From Octopus vulgaris (lineage: Eukaryota), in contig OX597832.1 of the NCBI GenBank assembly GCA_951406725.2, positions 22,010,001 to 22,074,000 of the forward strand: DNA of 64,000 nt. Reading direction: 5' to 3'. Below the pieces are notes generated by a model that had not been told where the DNA came from, did not search any database, and was given only the letters and a program-made list of their open reading frames with translations. How positions within the stretch are numbered: position 1 is the stretch's first letter; each line of letters opens with the position of its first letter. Shown piece after piece: positions 1 to 14,272 of this stretch. The translations under genes and the position numbers were made by a program.

Positions 1-235
1 ATTTTAAAAGACGAAACGGAAATAAAACAATATGGAGTGATCAGAAGAAGGGTGTTGTGTTGTCAGTAATCTTGTTCAGGATTAATTATACCACGAGTTG
101 GAAGAGAGTGAAAATGATTTCAGAGTAGTGACCTGGTGTCAGAGGGGACCCCCTGTTGAAAAAAAAAAAAAAAAAAAATTGAAGGACCAAAATAGTGATG
201 TTGAACCAGATGATAGATGAAGTCCAACATCACAG

Positions 236-320
236 AGAAAGAATGGTTCCTCTGACAGAAAGAATGGTTCCTCTGACAGAAAGAATCGTTCCTCTGACAG
301 AAAGAATCGTTCCTCTGACA
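236..320. repeat. 21-bp tandem repeat x4
   Basis: AGAAAGAAT(G/C)GTTCCTCTGAC x4. Confidence 0.95.
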
Positions 321-2142
321 AGGCGAACTAAAAAGAATTAATAGGTTAATTCTCTTCTTCTTTTACTCATTTCAGTTATTTGACTGTGGCCATGCTGGAG
401 GACCACCTTAAAGGATTTTTTAGTTGAAGAAATCGCCCCCACAACTTATTCTTTGTAAGCCTGATACTTATTCCATTGGTCTCTTCTGCTAAACCACTAA
501 GTTACAAGGACGTAAACACACCAACACCCATTGTCAAGCAACAGTGAGGGGACAAACACAGATACAAAGGTGCACTTAACCTCATAAGCAGCATACAATT
601 CTTGTGGGTAGAAACAAAGTTCCAAAAATGGATACAGGAACTACCAAAGCTTTGTGAGTGAATTTGGTAGACAGAAACTGAAAGAAGCCTGTCGTATATA
701 TGTCTATGTATATATATGTATGTGTGTGTATATGTTAGTGTGTCTGTGTTTGTCCCCACCCCCAACATCGCTTGACAACCGACGGAGTTGTGTTTATGTC
801 TCTGTAACTTAGCGGTTCAACAAAAATGACCAATAAGTACTAGGCTTCCAAAGAATAAGTCCTGGGGTCGATTTGCTCGACTAAAGGTGGCGCTCCAGCA
901 TGGCCGCAGTCAAATGACTGAAACAAGTTAAAGAGTAAAAGAGTAGTTTTTCTATCTGGAACTCAATCTGGTATTATGTACACAAAGAGAAGTAAGACAT
1001 CTAATGGTTGTTGGCGATCGCAACTGTTGAAACATGGTGGAGGTGTAAGTATTAAAAGTGTTTCCATCTCTGAAGAGGAGATTAATGACTCTCTGAAATA
1101 TAACCATCACAGCTGTTAGCACATCTACAAATAACTCGTTATAGACATGAAAATTCTTATCTTCAATCACTTTGACACATGACTCCAACGGTCTCCCACC
1201 CACAACCCACCGCCGCCTCCTTCAAAGAGGGAAAGAATGGAAAATGTAGATTAAAAGGTTTTAAATCGGAAGAAAATATTAAAAAAAAAAAAGAGTCAAG
1301 CCAAAGTTGAAAACGTTATGACGGTGAAGAGAACACGCCGGAAGAATACGACTGAAATAGCTGTCGTTCTTGACAACGCTGCCATAACGGATATCAATAA
1401 AGTCCGTAAATATTAAATAAATACGAATTATTAATAGACAATAAAGTAATTCAAAGTAGCTTTCATATTGCAACGGACTTCAATTGAACATCAAATGTAT
1501 TGATTGATTTTCCACCAAAGAACAAAGCCAATTCCGGGACGAGGAAGGAAGAACGGATTCTACTAATTGAGATCCTTACCCAACACGCAAAATATTCCTG
1601 GTGGGGTTTTAGGTGTTTTTGTCACTAAGCAGCTCCTAACAAGACAAATCTGTAGATGGGGTTTCAATCTCATTTAGCAGCTTTCTTTTCATCTGTTCAG
1701 AAAAATGCCTTCAGAAAAATGATGTAGCTTATTTTCGAGCAGAGAAGCTGACATAATACGTAGTGTAGACACATTCAAACATTGTCACTATCTTTCCAAA
1801 TCCTGCTGCTTTTCACAGGGCATTTTGGGTCCCCCAAAGTTGTCCTGGTGGATAAGTAAACCTATCATTTTTGGATAACTCTTTTACTTGTTTCAGTCAT
1901 TTGACTGTGGCCATGCTGGAGCACCGCCTTTGGTCAAGCAAATCGACCCCAGGACATATTCTTTGTAAGCCTAGTACTTATTCTATTGGTCTCTTTTTCC
2001 AAGCCGCTAAGTTACGGGGACGTAAACACACCAGCATCGGTTGTCAAACGATGTTGGGGGGACAAACACAGACACACAAACATATACAAACACACACACA
2101 CACATATATAAAGAAAATATATAAACGTATAAAAAATATATA

Positions 2143-2493
2143 AACGTTCGCCAGCCTCGTCTGGCACCTGTGTCAGTGGCACATAAAAAAAAAAACACCA
2201 TCCGAGTGTGGCCGTCTGCCAGCCCCGTCTGGCACCTGTGTCGGTGGCACATAAAAAACACCATCCGAGCGTGGCCGTCTGCCAGCCTCGTCTGGCACCT
2301 GTGTCGGTGGCACATAAAATCACCCACTACACTCTCGGAGTGGTTGGCGTTAGGAAGGGCATCCAGCTGTAGAAACACTGCCAGATCTGACTGGCCTGGT
2401 GCAGCCTTCGGGCTACCCAGACCCCAGTTGAACCGTCCAACCCATGCTAGCATGGAAAGCGGACGTTAAATGATGATGATGATGATGATGATG
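2143..2493 (+). mobile_element. RTE-associated 3' repeat with about 3 internal ~60-bp tandem units
   Basis: GCCAGCCTCGTCTGGCACCTGTGTCGGTGGCACATAAAA x3, then a conserved tail and (GAT)n. Further copies at about 2870-3385+, 6115-6370+, 8298-8690+, 13210-13350-, 14873-15145-, 26219-26375+, 34115-34345-, 46580-46808+, 49596-49752-, 51848-52038+. Confidence 0.8.
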
Positions 2494-2535
2494 ATATATA
2501 TATATATATATATATATACAAATATATATACATAT

Positions 2536-2759
2536 AAACCTTTCCGTCCACAACTGGTACATGGTGTCAGAGTGTTCTGAAGAGGTTTGAAGGATGATGC
2601 ATTATTGAAGGAGAAAATTTGGAGCATCTGAGAGATTAAACATTGTCTGTGCATAAACGATATGACTGTAAGTTAGAAATTTGAATGTAATAAAATGTTT
2701 TAAAAGAAATTTAAAGTGCCAACATGATAACTGTAAACCTACTTTTGGGCCACCCTGTA
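2536..2759 (+). mobile_element. Tc1/mariner 3' fragment
   Basis: Degenerate transposase C-terminus (CQSVLKRFEG*CIIEGENLEHL) followed by TIR end TTTTGGGCCACCCTG-TA. Confidence 0.65.
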
Positions 2760-3384
2760 TATAAACAGACATGGAATCTGAGCAGCTCTTCAGCTGACCA
2801 GCTCTGGTTAAACCGTCCAACCCATGCCAGCATGGACAACAGATATTAAATGGTTATGATATATATATAAGACCAAGACATCTAGAGACATGCTGTGACC
2901 GCGAAGACCCAGGAAATATAGTGACTTCATGGCTGTATCCTACATCAGTTTTGCATAACCAGCCCCAGCCCATTCAAAAGTGCCTTGGATTGTAGGGCGA
3001 CCTGCTGTGCTTGAGGGGACCTATTGAGTCAAGTACATCAAAATCAAATGGAAATTGTAGTTGTGATACCCATGCCGGTGGCACGTAAAACTCACCATCT
3101 TAACGTGGCCCATGCCAGCACCGCCTTTACTGGCTTCTGTGCAGGTGGCATGTAAAAAGCACCGACCGATCATGGCCACTGACAACCTCCTTTGGCCCCT
3201 GAGCTGGTGGCACATAAAAAGCACCCACTACACTCAAGGAGTGGTTGGCGTTAGGAAGGGCATCCAGCTGTAGAAACACTGCCGGCTCAGACTGGAGCCT
3301 GGTGCAGCCTCCTGGCTTCCCAGACCCCAGTCGAACCATCCAACCCATGCTAGCATGGAAAACAGACATTAAACGATGATGATG

Positions 3385-3415
<31 letters not shown>

Positions 3416-3822
3416 AGTGGACACATGAAAGAAAGTAACATTCAACACAATTAGCAGGAGTGCATAGGAACGACAAGTTAGGTTCATTCCGGAAGCCTAC
3501 GGCACTAAGATGTATGGAGCTGATTCAAACTGTTATCTAAATAATAAATGTGATTATTCCAAGATGACTGCATCATATATCAAAAGGAAGTTGTCTTGAA
3601 ATGCTTCATATGTAATTTATCAATAAAACTGTTTTAGTGTACAGAGGCGTTTTAATATTTAATTCCAGGAATTGCACAACAACAGGTTTCATAAGCTTTC
3701 TTTCCATATTGTCATGATTGAACAAGTTCCAGCACTTCTCTGGATATTGACTACAGAGCAGCTTTAGGTGTGTATGTGTGTGTGCGCGTGTGTGTGAGTG
3801 TGTATGTGTGTGTTTGTATGTA

Positions 3823-4030
3823 CTTTATTTAAAAGCAGCAGCAATTCAACAAAACCTGCTACTCTGAGTTTCACGTTCCCATTCAAACTGTCCGACGAAC
3901 AGGAATGTGAAACTCAGAGTAACAGGTTTTGTTGAATTTCTGCTGCTTTTAAATAAAGCATATTACTCTACCCCTGGTATTTGAGTACTCTTTTTTCCAC
4001 CTTGTTTCACATTTATGTGTTTACTCCGGT
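3823..4030 (+). mobile_element. Short HHR-bearing element with 5' inverted duplication
   Basis: Inverted arms 3823-3884 and 3897-3958. HHR-like fold at 3888-3925: CUGU-CCGACGA-ACA GGAA UGU-GAAA-CUCAGAG-UA-ACAG. Lies between (TG)n and (TA)n tracts. Confidence 0.6.
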
Positions 4031-4047
4031 ATATATATATATATAGC

Positions 4048-4090
<43 letters not shown>

Positions 4091-6048
4091 CCTCCATATT
4101 CTTTATCATTAATATATAACATGTACCCCAAACGATATTTACCGTCCAGTTAAATACTGATCGTTGTGGTTAGCTGTTAAGTGGAACTTAACTGAAAGCT
4201 AATATGGTATTCACTTGGATGATGTATCCTTCCAAACTTAAATATATTACATAACAGTCACAGAAGTCTGGTGCAGGCTTCTGCCTGGTAGGCTCCAGTC
4301 AAACTGTCCCACCCATGCCAGCATGGAAGGCAGAAATTAAACGAAGATGATGATGATGATTATATATATAGAGAGAGAAGAAACATGGCACAGTGATAAG
4401 AGCATCAAGTTTATGATCGTGAGGTTGTAAGTTCAAATCCCGAACCGGGCTGCGTTTTGTGTTATTGAGCAGGACACTTTATTTTATGTTGCTCCAGTTC
4501 GCTCACCTTCAGAAATGAATTGCGACATCACAGGTGCCAAGCTGTATCGGCCCCTTTGCCTTTCCCTTGGATAACACTGGTGGCATGGAGAGGGGAGGAC
4601 GGTATGCTACTTACCACACAGCCACTCCTGCACCTACATAATGTATCCATAAAACACAAACATTATGGAACAAGCTAACAAGCTCTTTATAAGGCCTTTT
4701 CCTAATATATGAGTGCAACCATTCTGCAAATACAAACTTACCCAGTGTGCAAATGTCAGTTGTGTTCTTTCCAGTACATCCTTGTTTAACAACCAGCATA
4801 TGACGTCAAAATGAGGGTACACATGCATGGAAGGGTCTCCTCTCAGTTTCTATCCATGAAATCCACCCCCAAGGCTTTAGTTGGCCAGTAGGTATAGAAG
4901 AAGATATTTGCCCACAAAGGGCTAAACACAGAGAGGACAAACAAGGACAGACAAACGGATTAAGTCGATTATATCGACCCCAGTGCGTAACTGGTACTTA
5001 TTTAATCGACCCTGAAAGGATGACAGGCAAAGTCGACCTCGGCGGAATTTGAACTCAGAATGTAGCGGCAGACGAAATACCTATTTCTTTACTACCCACA
5101 AGGGGCTAAACACAGAGAGGACAAACAAGGACAGACAAAGGTATTAAGTCGATTATATCGATCCCAGTGTGTAACTGGTCCTTAATTTATCGACCCTGAA
5201 AGGATGAAAGGCAAAGTCGACCTCGGCGGAATTTGAACTCAGAACGTAACGGCAGATGAAATACTGCTAAGCATTTCGCCCGACGTGCTAATGATTCTGC
5301 CAGCTCGCCGTCTTGCCCAAGGTACCATGCAGTGGGAGGACACCCATGACCACATGGTTGAGAAGCAAGGAGAACATGTCGTAGATTACTACTTACAGTA
5401 ATGAAGTAGGCTTAATTTTTCATGCTCTCATTCCTTTTTTTTTTTTTTTGGTATGGCCTCCAAGAATATATAAAATCTTATTCTTAGCTTCCGATTTCTT
5501 CCCACATGTATGTTCCATAAATAATCACCGATTAACAAAAGAAGACTTACAAAGACGTGTCTTTTGACATGTTTCATAACAGGAAGATTCGGATGTAATC
5601 CAGAGGAGAAGCGGAGGCGGAGGCGTCATTATGCCAGTCTTAGCAGATGGCCAGCAATGATGGAGAAACAGCAGAATTAAGCAGGTCAAGAGAGGTGGTG
5701 GTCAGTGATGGAGGAGGTTTAAATGGCTTAATGTACAACGTAAGTAATTGAAGAGTGTAAAGGAAATCATTTACTATTGATGTATGTGTGTATGTGGATT
5801 TGGTAGACGGAAACTGAAAGAAGACTGTCTTATGTGTGTATATGTGTGTGTGTGTGTGTGTTTATGTGTTTGCATCTCCATAACTTAGCGGTTCAGCAAA
5901 AGAAACTAACAGAATAAGTACCAGGCTTCACAAAAAATAACAAATCCTGGGTTTGATTTATTTGACTAAACATCTTCAAGGTGATGCCCCTGCATATATA
6001 TCCATATCTATATCTATATCCATATATATATATATATATACCCATTCT

Positions 6049-6113
6049 AAGTACCCCGGATCCCCAAAGTACCCTGGATCCCCAAAGTACCCCGATCCCC
6101 AAAGTACCCCGGA
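6049..6113. repeat. 18-bp tandem repeat x3.6
   Basis: AAGTACCCCGGATCCCCA units. Confidence 0.9.
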
Positions 6114-6450
6114 CCTCGTTGCCCCCGTGCCGCTGACACGTTAAAATGCTCGAACCGATCGTGACGATGCCGGACCCTCCGGACCCTGTGCAGGTGGCAC
6201 GTAAAAAGCACCCAATCCACTCACGGAGTGGTTGGCGTTAGGAAGGGCATCCAGCCGTAGAAACTCTGCCAGATTCAGACTGGAGCCTGGAGCGGCCCCT
6301 GGCTTCCCAGACCCGGTCAAACCGTCCAACCCGTGCTAGCGCGGAAAGCGGACGTTAAACGATGATGATGATATATATATATATATATCTATATCCATAT
6401 ATATATATATATATATCTATATCCATATATATATATATATATATCTATAT

Positions 6451-6510
<60 letters not shown>

Positions 6511-6534
6511 GTATATATTCTTTTTATTCTTTTT

Positions 6535-6922
6535 TCTTTCTTTTACTTGTTTCGGTCATTTGACTTTGGCCATGCTGGAGCACCGCCTTTAGTTGAGCAA
6601 ATCGACCCCAGGACTTATTCTTTGTAAGCCTAGTACTTATTCTATCGGTCTCTTTTTGCTGAACTGCTAAGTTACGGGGACGTAAACACACCAGCGTCGG
6701 TTGTCAAGCGATGTTGGGGGGACAAACACACAAACATATACAAACACACACACACACTATATATACAACGAGCTACTTTCAGTTTCCGTCTACAAAATCC
6801 ACTCACAAGGCTTTGGTTAGCCTGAGGCAATAGCAAAAGACACTTGCCCAAGGTGCCATGCAGTGGGACTGAACCCGGAAACATGTGGTTGGTAAGCAAG
6901 CGACTTACCACATAGCCACTTC
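6535..6922 (-). mobile_element. Full-length dominant SINE copy
   Basis: Reverse complement of the 31164-31555 family. Confidence 0.9.
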
Positions 6923-7325
6923 TGTTTTTTTGGGGGGGGTGGGGACTTATTATACAAGATTTAGAGGGGAGTCAGACTGAGCCATGTGCCACAGGCCAAC
7001 CCCAGCTCATGGGATATATATTTGACATCCCCGCTCCACATGGTTGATCAATCTGCTAGAAACAGCAGCCAAACACCAAACACCTTTCAAATAACATGCT
7101 GCCATCTTAACCAAAGCACAACCAGATACTAAATAATACAGTCCTACATAACCTTACAAAAAATAAACACAAAAAGAAAAGGTTGGTCATATATGGAATC
7201 CCTTTTATCACATGTCTGCTAAATCAGGGACCTATCTGAAATTAAAGAGCCAAAACAACAACAACATCAAGATTACAGTTATGTTAAATGGTTTAAAAGT
7301 TTAACAGCAATATGCAGTATCTATA

Positions 7326-7634
7326 GTGACCGTGACCGACCAGGCTATCAGATGTTGCTACACATCGCTGGTCACAATGCGCTTTGCATTGTTTTAGCCT
7401 TCAAATGACACCATCCCGCTGGCGAAGCGAGCAGGCCAACAGAAGAAAGAGTGAGAGAAAGTTGTAGCAAAAGAGTACAGCAGGGGTTGCCACCAGCCCC
7501 TGCTGGAGCCTCGTGGGGATTTTAAGTGTTTTCGCTTAATAAACAAGCACTCACAACACCCGGTCTGGGAATCGAAACCGTGATCCTACAACCGCGAGTC
7601 CGCTGCCCTAACCACTGGGCCATTGCGCCTCCAC
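7326..7634 (-). mobile_element. tRNA-derived SINE, third family
   Basis: Head GTGGAGGCGCAATGGCCCAGTGGTTAGGGCAGCGGACTCGCGG...GGTTTCGATTCCC; second copy at 43567-43853 (+). Confidence 0.85.
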
Positions 7635-8205
7635 AGCATCTATAGTAAGCTGTACTAATTTCATATAACGTATTAAGAGAACTGCAAGATTAACAGGATT
7701 GTTGTTAAATATAATCCACATTTATTTATAGTTGAGTGACTTCACTTTTAACATCTTGTGTCAGTCAGGAGTTTATATTTATCAAGATGCAATGAACTGG
7801 CTGTATGATTTAATACAGAAGCTGTATGTGAGTGTGTGTGTGTGTGTGTGTGAGTGTGTGTGTGTGTTGTGTATTGATATTTCATATTTAGAAGAAGCAA
7901 TGAATTAGGTGTTTGATTTGACATACATTAGCTGGGTGTATGCGTTAATATATATATATCGATACTTTATAGCCAAGAGAAGAGAAGAATCAGCTGAATG
8001 ATTTAACATACTCCAGGTGAGTGTATATATATCAATATACAGCAATACTTTATATTCAGGGGAAGATATGAGTTAGCTTGAGTAATTTAACATTTTAACA
8101 TACATCAGCTGTGTGTGTATGTGTGTGCGTGTGTGTATCAATATTTCATATTGAAAAGAATGAATTAGATGAATAATTTAATATACATCAGCCAAGTGTG
8201 TGTGT

Positions 8206-8300
<95 letters not shown>

Positions 8301-9604
8301 CGACATGCTGTCCTTGAGGAGACCTACTGAGTCAAGCACATCAAAATCAAATGGAGACTGTAGCTGTGATACCCGTGCCAGTGGCACGTAAAAAGCACTA
8401 TCCGAATGTGGCTGACACCAGTGCCACCTTGACTGGCTTCTGTACTGGTGGCATGTAAAAAGTACCAACCGATTGTGGTCATCGCCAGCCTCCTCCGGCC
8501 CCTGTGCCAGTGACATGTATAAAGCACCCACCACACTCACAGAATGGTTGGCATTAGGAAGGGCATCCAGCTGTAGAAACACTGCCAGATCAGATTGGAG
8601 CCTGGTGCAGCCTCCTGGCTTCCCAAACCCCAGCCGAACCGTCCAACCCATGCCAGCATGGAAAACAGACATTAAACAATAATGATGATATATATATAAA
8701 AATACTTCATATTTAGAAGCTGTGAATTAGATGAGTGACTAAACATCCATCAATCCATCTGGTAGATATATGGCAATCATCACAATCATCCTACAATGTC
8801 TGTTTTCCCTGCTGGCATGGGTTGGACGGTTTGACAGAAGCCAGCAAGCCAGAGGACTTCACTAAGCTCCAATGTCTTTTCGGGTGTGGTTTCTACAGCT
8901 TGATGCTCTTCTTAACACCAACCACCTAAAGAGTGTTGTGGGTGCTTTCAACATGGTAATGGTATCAGAGAGGTCACCGAGTTACTTGCAAGACAGGATT
9001 CCTCAACTGAGGTAGGAGAGGTAGTATCGACAGGGGAGGTAACTGTTGTGATTTAGCTGGGGGTGATTTAACATCCATCAACTCGGTCTATAATTCAATA
9101 CTTTATAGTTCAGAGAAGCCGTGAATCAGAGAAGTGATTTAAGATTCAATCAGGTGTGTATATAAAGATACATTATATTTAGAAAAAAGCCATAAATTTA
9201 GTCGGATGAGTTAACATCCATCAGCTTGGCGTACATTAATACATAATATGTTGAAATTCGAAGGTCATTACAGTTGGAAGAGCAAGAAGCTGTAAAAGAC
9301 ATCTGTGAACCGATGACATCAAAGAATGAAGGTAAACAAGGAGCCTTGCTGATCGTATGCAGGTAACACAACACAGAGGGAACTGGAGAGTTTTGGTGAG
9401 CTGATCCCTGGACACAGGAAGGGAGGAAGGGCATCTAACTGATTATAAACAGAAGGAGCTGTGAATTAACTGAGTTATTTAGCCATTATCAGCTGGGTGT
9501 ATACTGCTATTTAAGATTTAGGATCCCTGAATTAGTAGAGAGCTTTAAACTCAATTAGTAGATTATATATCAACACATTTCTTTCAGGAGATGCAAATAA
9601 AATT

Positions 9605-9917
9605 TACGTGGCTTAGTGGTTATGGTAACTGGCTTACGAACATAAACTTGTGAGTTCGATCCCTGGACTGGGCTGTGTGTGGTGCTCTTTATTTCACGTT
9701 GCTCCGGTCCACTCACCTAGCGAAAATGAGTTGTACCTGTAACTCAAAGGGCCAGCCTTGTCACATTCTGTGTCACACTGAATCTCCCTGAGAACTACAT
9801 TAAGGGTACACATGTCTGTGGAGTGCTCAGCGACTTGCCTGTTAATTTCATGAGCAGGCTGTTCTGTTGATCAGATCAACTGGAACCCTCGTCATCGTAA
9901 CCGATGGAGGGCCAGTG
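9605..9917 (+). mobile_element. Older tRNA-derived SINE (Meta/MESC-like core)
   Basis: A box GTGGCTTAGTGG, B box GAGTTCGATCCC, CTCCGGTCCACTCA core. Relatives at 4385-4607+, 28080-28290-, 42510-42838-. Confidence 0.65.
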
Positions 9918-10090
9918 ATTTTTAATATTTTTATGTCCTGGATATGACATTGATCTGCATCCAGTGGTGAAGTACCAGTTTAGGAGTTCTGGAGTTGCGA
10001 GGAGCATGAAATGACCCCTCAATTACCCTTACTCCCAGGTCCGTTCTGAGCCAGAACAGTAGTACCTGTCAGGTTCCCATCTATGGTTAA

Positions 10091-10312
10091 GCCTTTCGTT
10101 ACCGTATTTATTTTGAGATGCTCTGTGTTTCTTTCAATTAATTTTAAATATAACAAAGAATTTAGTAAAATAATTTAGTTATCATTAAACTGGTGTTAGG
10201 AACATAAATTGTGACAAAGGTTTGGTGGAAGATTTTAATTCAAAATTTATGAAAACATGACATTTGTACTACAGAACCAGAGCCAGTTTTAGCCGGGTTG
10301 GTAACGAAAGGG
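10091..10312. mobile_element. piggyBac-like MITE
   Basis: TTAA on both sides; TIRs (G)CCTTTCGTTACC / GGTAACGAAAGGG. Confidence 0.8.
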
Positions 10313-12617
10313 TTAAATATGTTTTTATAAGGGTAGACTGAGCTCCTTAGCTGCGATGAAAGTAATCAATCTAGGAAAAGAAAAATTAAAAAATTAAGAC
10401 CCACTTCCAACATGCCCTAAGCCAGCATGGTTGATAGAACTTCCAACATGCCCTAAGCCAGAATGGCTGGTAGAACTAACATGAGGTGTACCCAATAACA
10501 TGCATTGGGATCAGATGGCACCACATCCAGACCCTCAATAGGCAACCTGAAAGACACATCAGCAGCCCTAGGTCAGCATGATAAATGTAACCAGGGGTTT
10601 ACTCCAACAGCTTCTCCTCAACGATTGAATACTACAGAGGTAACCATCTCATGTTGGTGCTTATTCTGGCACAGGCAGAGACAGCAGGGGATGACAATGC
10701 ACATTGGTGCAAGGTTGGTTCTTGAGGGAACCTATCAGCAGTGTTGTTAGAGAAGGAGATAAATTGCTTGGTGATAATCATTCCAGGTCGCTCTGTTCTG
10801 AGTTCAAATCCCACCAGGGTCAACTTTACTTTTCACTGAAGTCCATTCATCTCTTTTGTCTCACTTTTTCTTTCTCTTTTCAGGAAGAAATCATCTTTAG
10901 TTAGACCTGGAGAGGAATGGCTTTACAATTTCCATCAAAGGGCCAGGGATGAAACCCAAGGCAAGATTTTATTATCGTTTGGTTCTGGAAGGATGGAAAG
11001 CAAAGCTGACTCCAGTGGGGTCTGGTGCTTGTCTCCATCAGCACCTCACTGGTTTGAGTGGTGTCATTACAATAGACATGCTGGAATATTCTACAGTAGA
11101 GATGTAACAGAGAGAGGGAGACAAATATGGGTAAGAGAGAGAGAGAGAGAGAAAGAGTATAGCAATTAGAGACCTAAAAAGGGTTGAAATATTGTGGCTG
11201 AGTCTGTTTAGTGATGGAGAAAGGTTACAAGACATTTACTGCGGGACTGTTGTTTAGTTGCCAATGACAATAACAAAAGACAACAAAGTAGTGACGACTA
11301 TGACGCCATAGCTGCTGCTGCTGCTGCTGATGATGATGGTAAAGATGATGGTGATGATGATGGTGATGATGACTGTACAAAAGTCATCAATTTATAGAAC
11401 CAAGCTAACAGAGCAGGACAGATCGAAAGCTGAAGTGGTTGGCTTACAAGAATCATTATTATTAAATGAGCATGGAGAAGATTTTGAGATAACGAGGAAA
11501 GCTGACGATGGGTTGGAGGTGATGGCGGTGATGATGATGATGTTGGAGTTTGGTAAAAATAGTGGTGGTGTTGATGTAGGTAGTGGTGATGGCAGTGGTG
11601 GTAGAAGGAGGGGAGGATAAAGGAGCCAAACGGTGGCACTTATAGAGATGATGGCAATAATAAAGATGGAGAGTGATGATGATGATGATGATGGTTGTGG
11701 TGATGAGAGTGAATAATGGAGTGGGTGTGTCAGGCGGTGGGAGTGGGGGGGGTCACTGGTGGCTTGAATAAGAATGACAAGAATAGCCACATTCGAGTTG
11801 CTGATGGTGGCGGTGAAGAGCAATGATGTCGATACAATGATAGTGATGGTTATGATGATGATGATGATGATGATGATGACGGCGGCAGTGATGTTTACGT
11901 TGATAATGATGATTGATGACTTACGCTGCTGACAACGACGATGACGACGATGACAATTGCAAAGATTTTAATGATAGTGATGGTGATAATGATGATGATG
12001 ATCAAGATACTGGAGTTAATGGCTTGATAATTACAATGATGACAAGGATGGTGATGATTGATAATAACAATGATAATGATGATGGTGATAATGTCAGTGA
12101 CGATGATAACGATAATTAGGATTATGTTGACGGCAGTGATGATGATCTCAAATCTTTGAGAGCATTTCGAAAGCAAGATGGTTTCCAACTCAAAAGTCAA
12201 GTAATGAGTTTGTATATATATACATATACATATATTAATATTTTTACATACACACACACACACATATATATATATATACATAAATGTTTGTATATATATA
12301 CATACATATATATGTTTGTATATACAGATACACATGTTTGTATATATATATATATAGATACATGTTTGTGTAATATATATCTTCATCATCATCATCACTT
12401 AACATCGGTTTTCTATGCTAGCATGGGTTATATATATATATACACACATACATATATACACACACATATATACATATGTATATACACATATATACATACA
12501 TATATATATATATATATATACAATATATACACATGTATATACATATATATGTTTGTATATACATACATAGATATGTTTGTATATATATATATATATATAC
12601 ATACATATATATATGTT

Positions 12618-12655
<38 letters not shown>

Positions 12656-14234
12656 GCAAAAATGAAAAGAAAAAGAACGGGAAACAGGGTGGTGGGAGGA
12701 CAAACACACAAACATATACATACATTCACACACAAATCAATATTAAGAATGACCTTCTCCCTCCACCTCCACCCATCATAGGATGTTGTCTATCAGATAG
12801 CAATGTTAAGAGGAAACAAAAATATAATTGGAACCACTCAGAGATTCTGTTTGGTCCTTTTCCAGAAGATTCCTCTGAGAGCAGAACAATTCCGTCTGGC
12901 TACAATAAACAACCACTGACCACCTGATCCCAAACTGCCCAGAACTGAGAAGGAAGCAGGGAACACAACACTATCCCAAAGCACCCTTGTTTGTTCTGCC
13001 GCATCTGCTCCATCCAACGCCATGCTTCCAATCTTCTCCATGGCTGTGTTTGTGTTAAGAAGCTTGCTGTTTCTGCCATGGGGTTTCAGGTTCAATCTCA
13101 CCGCATGGCACCTTGAGCATGTGTCTTCTACTTCAGCCCTGAGCTGACCAATATTTTGTGATTGAATTTGGTTGACATACATAAATATATTAAACTAGCA
13201 CTATGACCCATCTCCAATTTGCTCTGGCAGTGTTTCTACAGCTGGATGCCCTTCCTAACGCCAACCACTCCGTGAGTGTAGTGGGTGCTTTTTCCATGCC
13301 ACTGGCACAGGGGCCAGAGAAGGCTGGCAATGGCCACGATTGGTTGGTGCATGCATATACAGCTGCGTGCGTGTGCACATACACGCAAGTACTGTCCAAA
13401 TCTCTGACCAATCACATACAGCTAGCTGGTATTCAATTGGCGTATCAAGTTTCAGGTATTTTGATTGGGTTTTGAATAGAAAATTTCACAAGAATGTCAC
13501 TTCTATTGATATTTTTAATGGCTTTGCAGGGTGACTGGGGAAATGTAAAGATGTGCACGACCACCCTTGGATGGTTTTGAATGACCATAGAAAGTGCGAG
13601 CCCTCTAACTGAAAAATTGTGGATTTGTATAAAGGACACACACACACAGACAGACATTTTGCCGTTTATACATATAGAAATGTCTTCTATAGTAGAAGAC
13701 ATTTGTCCAAAGTGCCATACAGCAGGACTGAACTTGGTAACATATGGTTGGAAAGCAAGCAAAATTTATTACATCATTCCATTCTGGTCACCAATGGGAA
13801 TTCCACTGCAGTGGTCAATTATTCTAGAAATCAACCACAGATCTTCTACAACTTCTTACAACTATTGTTAAATTACTCTATTTTATTTATTTAAAAAAAA
13901 CACTGTTTTTTGCTTTGTATTTTCCTTTAAAATATTTTTTTTTTTGTTGTCGAATAAAATAAAGAGCTATTCTAAATTTCAATAGACTTTTTTTTATCTC
14001 TTTTTGAAAAACTTGTATCAGAGCTTGTATCCATTAATATTTTAAAGATTGTAAGAGAGAGAGAGAAAAAAAACCCATAAATATACAGATAGAAAGAATT
14101 AAAAGACAAACAAACAGTCCACGTTTCATTTTACATATACATATAATTTTCTCGTAAAATAAGACATTGACAAATCATTGTTTTCCCTAGCAATAAAACA
14201 AGACTTTCATTTTAAAATAGCAACCAAGTATGTC

Positions 14235-14272
<38 letters not shown>

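Noticed and set aside
1279-1473. QYESYFELL as the NUDT3 C-terminal QASYFETL segment
   Set aside because: In-frame stop just upstream, no GRKREWF-like motif, no suitable acceptor.
8178-8672. Recurrent peptide LAVFLQLDALPNANHS suggesting a gene family
   Set aside because: Antisense translation of the multi-copy RTE-associated 3' repeat.
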